Positions 32,181 through 36,293 of a stretch of 36,293 bases of DNA are shown here, one piece after another; position 1 is the stretch's first letter, and each line of letters begins with the position of its first letter. The position numbers and the translations under genes were made by a program. The DNA is from a virus (Duplodnaviria; Caudoviricetes), in IMG/VR virus record IMGVR_UViG_3300044228_005231, positions 1 to 36,293 of that record, one strand, 5' to 3'. A model generated the notes under the pieces. That model saw nothing but the letters and a program-made list of their open reading frames with translations. It searched no databases and was not told where the DNA came from.

Positions 32181-32531
32181 ATGGCTCAGAAGATCGACCT
32201 CGACGAACAAATAGGCGCGCGGCTTCAGGCGGCGCGGCAGGCGGCACGGCTCACGCGGGCGCAAGTGCACCAGACGCTAGGTGACGGCTTCGGCGCATCT
32301 ACCGTCCAGGCGCACGAGACTGGCAGGAACGCGCTAAGGCCCGCCGTTATTGTGCAATATTGCACCCTTTATAACGTTAGTTATAGCTATTTGCTCGATG
32401 GTTCCGGTCCGTCACGTATCACGCAAGACGAGTTGAACGCGATTGTTCGCGGTCTAGGTGAATCCGATTCACTTCGAAACTGGCTTGCGATAGGGAAGCA
32501 ACTCGCGGAAACGCGGTTAACGTCCGATTAA
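32181..32531 (+). CDS. CI-like XRE repressor without peptidase domain
   Basis: IGARLQAARQAARLT...TVQAHETGRN...YNVSYSYLLDG; 116 aa; flanked by identical operators. Confidence 0.85.
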   Translation: MAQKIDLDEQIGARLQAARQAARLTRAQVHQTLGDGFGASTVQAHETGRNALRPAVIVQYCTLYNVSYSYLLDGSGPSRITQDELNAIVRGLGESDSLRNWLAIGKQLAETRLTSD

Positions 32532-32563
32532 CTGTCGGGCGACACTTTTTCTCAAAATTGCAC

Positions 32564-32592
32564 TTGACCATTTAATACGGATCGTATTAATT
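32564..32592 (+). promoter_or_regulatory. Early promoter (TTGACC-N17-TTAATT) containing operator 32573-32589
   Basis: Identical TAATACGGATCGTATTA palindrome in the spacer. Confidence 0.8.
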
Positions 32593-32622
32593 CGGCACAG
32601 TTAACCAGCTGGAGCCGAGCCA

Positions 32623-32772
32623 ATGCGACCGAATCAAAGTCACTCAAAACAAGAAAATAAGACAACCGAGTTCGCCCGTCGCGTGAGTGAAGCGCGGCGC
32701 GAAGGTGCAATGTTCGTTCGGGTTCTGACAAATACCGGATATTTTCGCAGCGCCGACAAGGTGGCGTCATGA
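32623..32772 (+). CDS. 49-aa first gene of the early + strand operon
   Basis: GGAG RBS at 32611; MRPNQSHSKQENKTTEFARRVSEARREGAMFVRVLTNTGYFRSADKVAS; ATGA overlap with next gene. Confidence 0.6.
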   Translation: MRPNQSHSKQENKTTEFARRVSEARREGAMFVRVLTNTGYFRSADKVAS

Positions 32773-33200
32773 TCCCCGCCCCGCTTCGCATCCGGTTTCG
32801 CGCCGATATGCTCGAACCGGTCGCGCACTTCCTGCTGAAGAGCGATCGCGCCGAACCCTGCCATATTACCTTTACAGCCAGTTCGGGCGACTTCGTGTTA
32901 GCTTCGGGGCTTCGGGAAGACTTGTCCGACGGAGTCCTTAGCCGCGTGACCGTAGCCGCTAACGACTGCTACGCCAGCCGCGACGCGACCCTGAACTTCA
33001 ATCGGCGCGTGTTGTCGGCGATAACGAGCGCGCTTCTAACTCGACCCGACCACGTCGAAGAGTCCGACGTTCTGGTCGAGATTAACGCGGTCGAAGGTTC
33101 GCCCTGGCTGAACACGGTTCGATTTACGCCGTACCCTGACAATCCGGCCGACGCCGTGATCTATCACGTCGCCGAAGTCGACCGCTCTTTAGACGACTAA
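32769..33200 (+). CDS. Hypothetical early protein
   Basis: 143 aa in operon. Confidence 0.7.
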   Translation: MIPAPLRIRFRADMLEPVAHFLLKSDRAEPCHITFTASSGDFVLASGLREDLSDGVLSRVTVAANDCYASRDATLNFNRRVLSAITSALLTRPDHVEESDVLVEINAVEGSPWLNTVRFTPYPDNPADAVIYHVAEVDRSLDD

Positions 33201-33204
33201 GCAA

Positions 33205-33441
33205 ATGGCTAAGGCGAAATGGGAAGGCGTTATTCGACACCTTGTCGAGACCGGCGACACGATCGCCGTCGAGCATTCCGATCGCGGCCCTCCTAATTTC
33301 TTTTGCCCGAAATCGGGCAATCCCGTTCATGCAATGAGTGTTAAAGCAATGCTGACCAGAAAACTAATTCGCCCGGCGGGCGCACTTATCGACCCGACGG
33401 TTCCGCAATATTACGAGCCGGTCGAAGGTGGCGACGAATGA
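33205..33441 (+). CDS. Hypothetical early protein
   Basis: 78 aa; ATGA overlap with next gene. Confidence 0.7.
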   Translation: MAKAKWEGVIRHLVETGDTIAVEHSDRGPPNFFCPKSGNPVHAMSVKAMLTRKLIRPAGALIDPTVPQYYEPVEGGDE

Positions 33442-33710
33442 CCGACGCACTCGACAAACAGGCGCACGACACGGCGAAGCTACTCGCCGACAGCGTCGAA
33501 CGCATTCACGACGATCTAGATCGCATGGCGCGCCTTCTCGCTAAAATGCGCGGCCTTTGCTTCGTCACGCCGTCCGAACTCGATAAGATCGAGCGGCTTC
33601 GGCAGGTGGCGAAGGAAATTGACCATCAGGCGAAAACCGGAAGCGTCCTTCCATACACCTTCGAGGGGGACGCCGCATTCGCCGAGCTCGACGAGGTGCT
33701 GAATAAATGA
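33438..33710 (+). CDS. Hypothetical helical protein
   Basis: 90 aa; ATGA overlaps. Confidence 0.7.
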   Translation: MTDALDKQAHDTAKLLADSVERIHDDLDRMARLLAKMRGLCFVTPSELDKIERLRQVAKEIDHQAKTGSVLPYTFEGDAAFAELDEVLNK

Positions 33711-33943
33711 GCCCGACCCTGATCATTTGCGTTATGGTGTTCGCGGGCGCGATCTTTCTCGGCGAGGCAGTCGCTCAATTTCGACAGCGTCGCGATGCGT
33801 CGTCCGCCTTGTTTTGGGTCGGGGCGATATGCTGGCTCGCTTTGCCGATCGCTGCATGGTTCGGCGTCGCGACGATCGACACCAGCGCGCCCGGATGCGA
33901 AGCGCGCCAGCTTGCGGCCTGCTTTGTATGGGGCGGACAATGA
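33707..33943 (+). CDS. Small two-TM membrane protein
   Basis: 78 aa; GAGGT RBS; ATGA overlaps. Confidence 0.7.
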   Translation: MSPTLIICVMVFAGAIFLGEAVAQFRQRRDASSALFWVGAICWLALPIAAWFGVATIDTSAPGCEARQLAACFVWGGQ

Positions 33944-34443
33944 CCAACGCCTTCCGAATGTACGCCGTCCGCCGTCCGACCGGCGCGCTCGTCTGCATTA
34001 TGCGGACGAAGCGGTTGGCGAAGTCAGCAGCCGAAGAGTTGACCGGCAAGCCTTGGCGCGTGCTGAAGAAGGAATGCGGCCTATGCCTGACGCGAGCAAC
34101 TGTCGGCGTCGATCTTGCGCCGGAAGGTCGGGCGGATCGAACCGGCTTTGAAGCCCTATGGATGCAGTTCGGTCGCGGGCAATCCTTCCTGGTCTGGCCA
34201 CGATCGCTAATGCACGAAATGCCGGACGATTGGCAGCTACGCGCCGCCGAACTGCTCGAAGAATGGGACGACGCCTGGCAATGGCCGGAAGGCTGGCCCA
34301 CCGCCTATGTCAGCGCCCGCGACGAGCGGACGAACCGCTTCACGCGCTGGCCCGATTGGCTGCTGAATTACAAGTATCGCGACCGCGATAGCATCAACAG
34401 ATTAAAGACCTCAAAACGGAGAGAAGAAAATGCAGAACACTGA
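33940..34443 (+). CDS. Hypothetical phage protein with Trp-rich C-terminal domain
   Basis: 167 aa from MTNAFRM; PRSLMHEMPDDWQ motif. Confidence 0.7.
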   Translation: MTNAFRMYAVRRPTGALVCIMRTKRLAKSAAEELTGKPWRVLKKECGLCLTRATVGVDLAPEGRADRTGFEALWMQFGRGQSFLVWPRSLMHEMPDDWQLRAAELLEEWDDAWQWPEGWPTAYVSARDERTNRFTRWPDWLLNYKYRDRDSINRLKTSKRREENAEH

Positions 34444-34684
34444 CAACCTGACTGAAGGCACTCGCGAAAAGCTTCGCCAGACGATCGCCAAAATCGAGCG
34501 CCTGGAAGAAGAGAAGAAGGAAGTCGCCGATCAGATAAAAGAGATATACGCCGAAGCGAAGGCGTTCGGCTTCGACACAAAGGCGCTTCGCCAGGTCGTG
34601 AAGTTGCGCCGCATCGCGAAGGCTGAACGCGAGGAACAAGAAATGATCGTCGACACGTATCTAATCGCCACCGGCGACGCGTGA
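34430..34684 (+). CDS. gapR: GapR-like (DUF2312) nucleoid-associated DNA-binding protein
   Basis: KIERLEEEKKEVADQIKEIYAEAKAFGFDTKALRQVVKLRR...EREEQEMIVDTY. Confidence 0.93.
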   Translation: MQNTDNLTEGTREKLRQTIAKIERLEEEKKEVADQIKEIYAEAKAFGFDTKALRQVVKLRRIAKAEREEQEMIVDTYLIATGDA

Positions 34685-34689
34685 TCAAT

Positions 34690-34720
34690 GACCGGCGGTC
34701 GCGACGCGCGGTCGCCGGTC
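34690..34720. other. Intergenic hairpin after gapR, no U-tract
   Basis: GACCGGCGGTCGCG-ACG-CGCGGTCGCCGGTC. Confidence 0.65.
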
Positions 34721-34742
34721 GCTCGAAATTGAGGGTGAAGAA

Positions 34743-34991
34743 ATGAGACGCGACAGAACAGCTTTTTTTTCCGGTCGCGAAGCAACCGAAGCGCGATGCC
34801 TCACTGAAGAGCAGGCGCGCAAGAAGGATTGTTGCGTTGGCGGCTTCACGACCGGCAATCGCGGGAAGTGCGTTGCGTCCGAGTGCATGGGTTGGCGCTG
34901 GATGTCCTGGCACGAATACAATCGCGCGGGCGGATATGACCGGACCGAAGTTTATAAAGTCGGGTATTGCGGGCGGGCGGGTAAAGTATGA
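34743..34991 (+). CDS. Cys-rich hypothetical protein
   Basis: LTEEQARKKDC...CVASECMGWRW...GYCGRAGK. Confidence 0.7.
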   Translation: MRRDRTAFFSGREATEARCLTEEQARKKDCCVGGFTTGNRGKCVASECMGWRWMSWHEYNRAGGYDRTEVYKVGYCGRAGKV

Positions 34992-35236
34992 CCGGCGCAC
35001 CGATCCAACTCGAAGCGATGACGCTCGACGAAGCGGCTTTTCGTTGTCGCGTGTCAGTTGAACACTTCAAGCGTGTTTACACCGGTCGCAAGATACGGCT
35101 TGGCGGATCGGTGCGCGTGTCGTCTTATCATCTGTTGGAGTGGATGAATGAACAGGCCGACGGGGCTCGATCGCTCGCCACGGCTAACGATTGGGACGAA
35201 GACGATTCCGAAGAAGCAAACATTCAGGGGCGTTAA
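34988..35236 (+). CDS. Excisionase-like HTH protein
   Basis: MTLDEAAFRCRVSVEHF...IRLGGSVRV...LLEWM; overlaps integrase start. Confidence 0.7.
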   Translation: MTGAPIQLEAMTLDEAAFRCRVSVEHFKRVYTGRKIRLGGSVRVSSYHLLEWMNEQADGARSLATANDWDEDDSEEANIQGR

Positions 35237-36293
35237 ACGCGTCAAAGTCGCGACCGGCGAAGTCTATTATTACCACCGCGCGACGAAGACCAGGCTACCC
35301 GGCGAGTACGGCTCTTTAGAGTTCGTCGAAGCGTGGCTTGACGCCGAGAAGAAGGGCGTCGCCAGCGTAAAGCCGATCGACGATCGCGAAAGCTATGGCG
35401 GTCTATGGGCGGCGTTCGAAGCGTCGACAGCATGGGAAGCCCTGAAGCCACGGACGCGCGAAGATTATCTGAAGGTGCGCGACTACATGTTCGAGCGCGG
35501 CCACCGGGCGAAGCGCGCCTCACAGATGGAACAACGCCACGCTGAAAAGGAATATGACAAAGCACTCGCAAAGGGGAATCGCTTTGCGCTCTATCTTATC
35601 CAGGTCAACCGGCGGCTTTACAATTGGGTTTTAGAGCGCGCTGCACGTCAAAAGGTATGGGGCGACCGGAACCCATGGGCTCACGTAAAGCCCGCCAAGG
35701 GGGCGACACGGTCGTTCAAGCCTTGGAAACCAGCCGACGTCGCCGAAGCCCTCACACGCGCGCCCATGGGGCTCGCTCGCGCCTATGTGCTAGGGCTGTC
35801 AGGGTTCGACGGCTCGACAGCCTATAAGCTGACATGGGGTGAATACACGAACGGGCGGTTCGACGGCGATCGCGTGAAAACGGCTGTCGGCGGTGTCTCG
35901 ATCGTTCCGGCCATGTTCCGGCCTTGGCTCGATCACGGCGCGCGGCCTTCCGACTTCATTATCACGAACAATGCAGGCGAGCGGTTTAATACACTGAACA
36001 GCCTTCAGACAGCTAGCTCGCGTTTCCTGGCGAGCCTCGCCGCCGAGCAAATTGTTACGAGCGGTATTAGTTTCCACGGTTTGCGCCATACGCTAGGGAA
36101 GGCGATCGCGGAATCGGGCGGCGACCTTCGCGCGATACAATCGGCCTTGCAGCACAAAACCGAGCGCATGGCCTTGCACTACTCGAAAGAAGCCGATAAA
36201 GCCGCAGCACTCGACAGGGCGCAAGACGGCTTGTCGGGCTGGTTTTTGGCAAAAGCTGACTTGCCGGATTGGCAAAAAAGCGAAGGCGATTAG
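35148..36293 (+). CDS. int: Tyrosine recombinase / phage integrase
   Basis: YYYHR..TRLPGEYGSLEF arm-binding N-terminus; FHGLRH, LQHK, MALHY catalytic motifs. Confidence 0.92.
   Translation: MNRPTGLDRSPRLTIGTKTIPKKQTFRGVKRVKVATGEVYYYHRATKTRLPGEYGSLEFVEAWLDAEKKGVASVKPIDDRESYGGLWAAFEASTAWEALKPRTREDYLKVRDYMFERGHRAKRASQMEQRHAEKEYDKALAKGNRFALYLIQVNRRLYNWVLERAARQKVWGDRNPWAHVKPAKGATRSFKPWKPADVAEALTRAPMGLARAYVLGLSGFDGSTAYKLTWGEYTNGRFDGDRVKTAVGGVSIVPAMFRPWLDHGARPSDFIITNNAGERFNTLNSLQTASSRFLASLAAEQIVTSGISFHGLRHTLGKAIAESGGDLRAIQSALQHKTERMALHYSKEADKAAALDRAQDGLSGWFLAKADLPDWQKSEGD

Larger units (their letters stand above)
1..36293. mobile_element. Temperate siphovirus-type prophage (HK97-like head, lambdoid organisation), alphaproteobacterial host; true ends lie outside the window
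   Basis: Ordered modules: integrase, early genes, CI/Cro, replication, terminase-portal-protease-capsid, head-tail joining, tail tube, tape measure, tail tip. Confidence 0.97.

Noticed and set aside
32572-32604. Possible CtrA sites (TTAA pairs)
   Set aside because: Spacers are 11 and 10 nt, not the TTAA-N7-TTAA consensus
32712-32725. Possible alphaproteobacterial LexA box
   Set aside because: Spacing is GTTC-N6-GTTC rather than N7, and it lies inside a small ORF
36240-36293. att site next to integrase
   Set aside because: Window ends at the integrase stop codon; no matching direct repeat at the other end

Overview
The window is most of a temperate, long-tailed (siphovirus-type) prophage of a GC-rich alphaproteobacterium. 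GapR, DUF6471 and GTA-gp10-like genes support the host class; Caulobacterales/Hyphomonadaceae is my inference. Reading from the right end: tyrosine integrase and excisionase-like gene, a + strand early operon with a GapR homologue, a CI/Cro switch, then a - strand recombination/replication operon (RusA, Sak4-like ATPase, DUF669 SSB, PD-(D/E)XK exonuclease, HNH, SF2 helicase, primase-polymerase/helicase). An iteron-containing AT-rich origin follows, then a tandem-HTH gene, HNH/terminase/HK97-type head genes, tail genes, a DUF6471 + SprT-like cassette and membrane proteins at the usual lysis position. No endolysin or att site is visible. The most interesting signals are non-coding: a repeated CGTCAGG-N10-TAA motif followed by RBS-occluding hairpins before late genes; a 17-bp operator at both early promoters and again before the late region; a GANTC-rich palindromic control region in the DUF6471/SprT cassette; and twin 31-nt hairpins. 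The integrase appears to lack its first catalytic Arg. All family calls come from motif recognition and gene order, not database searches.
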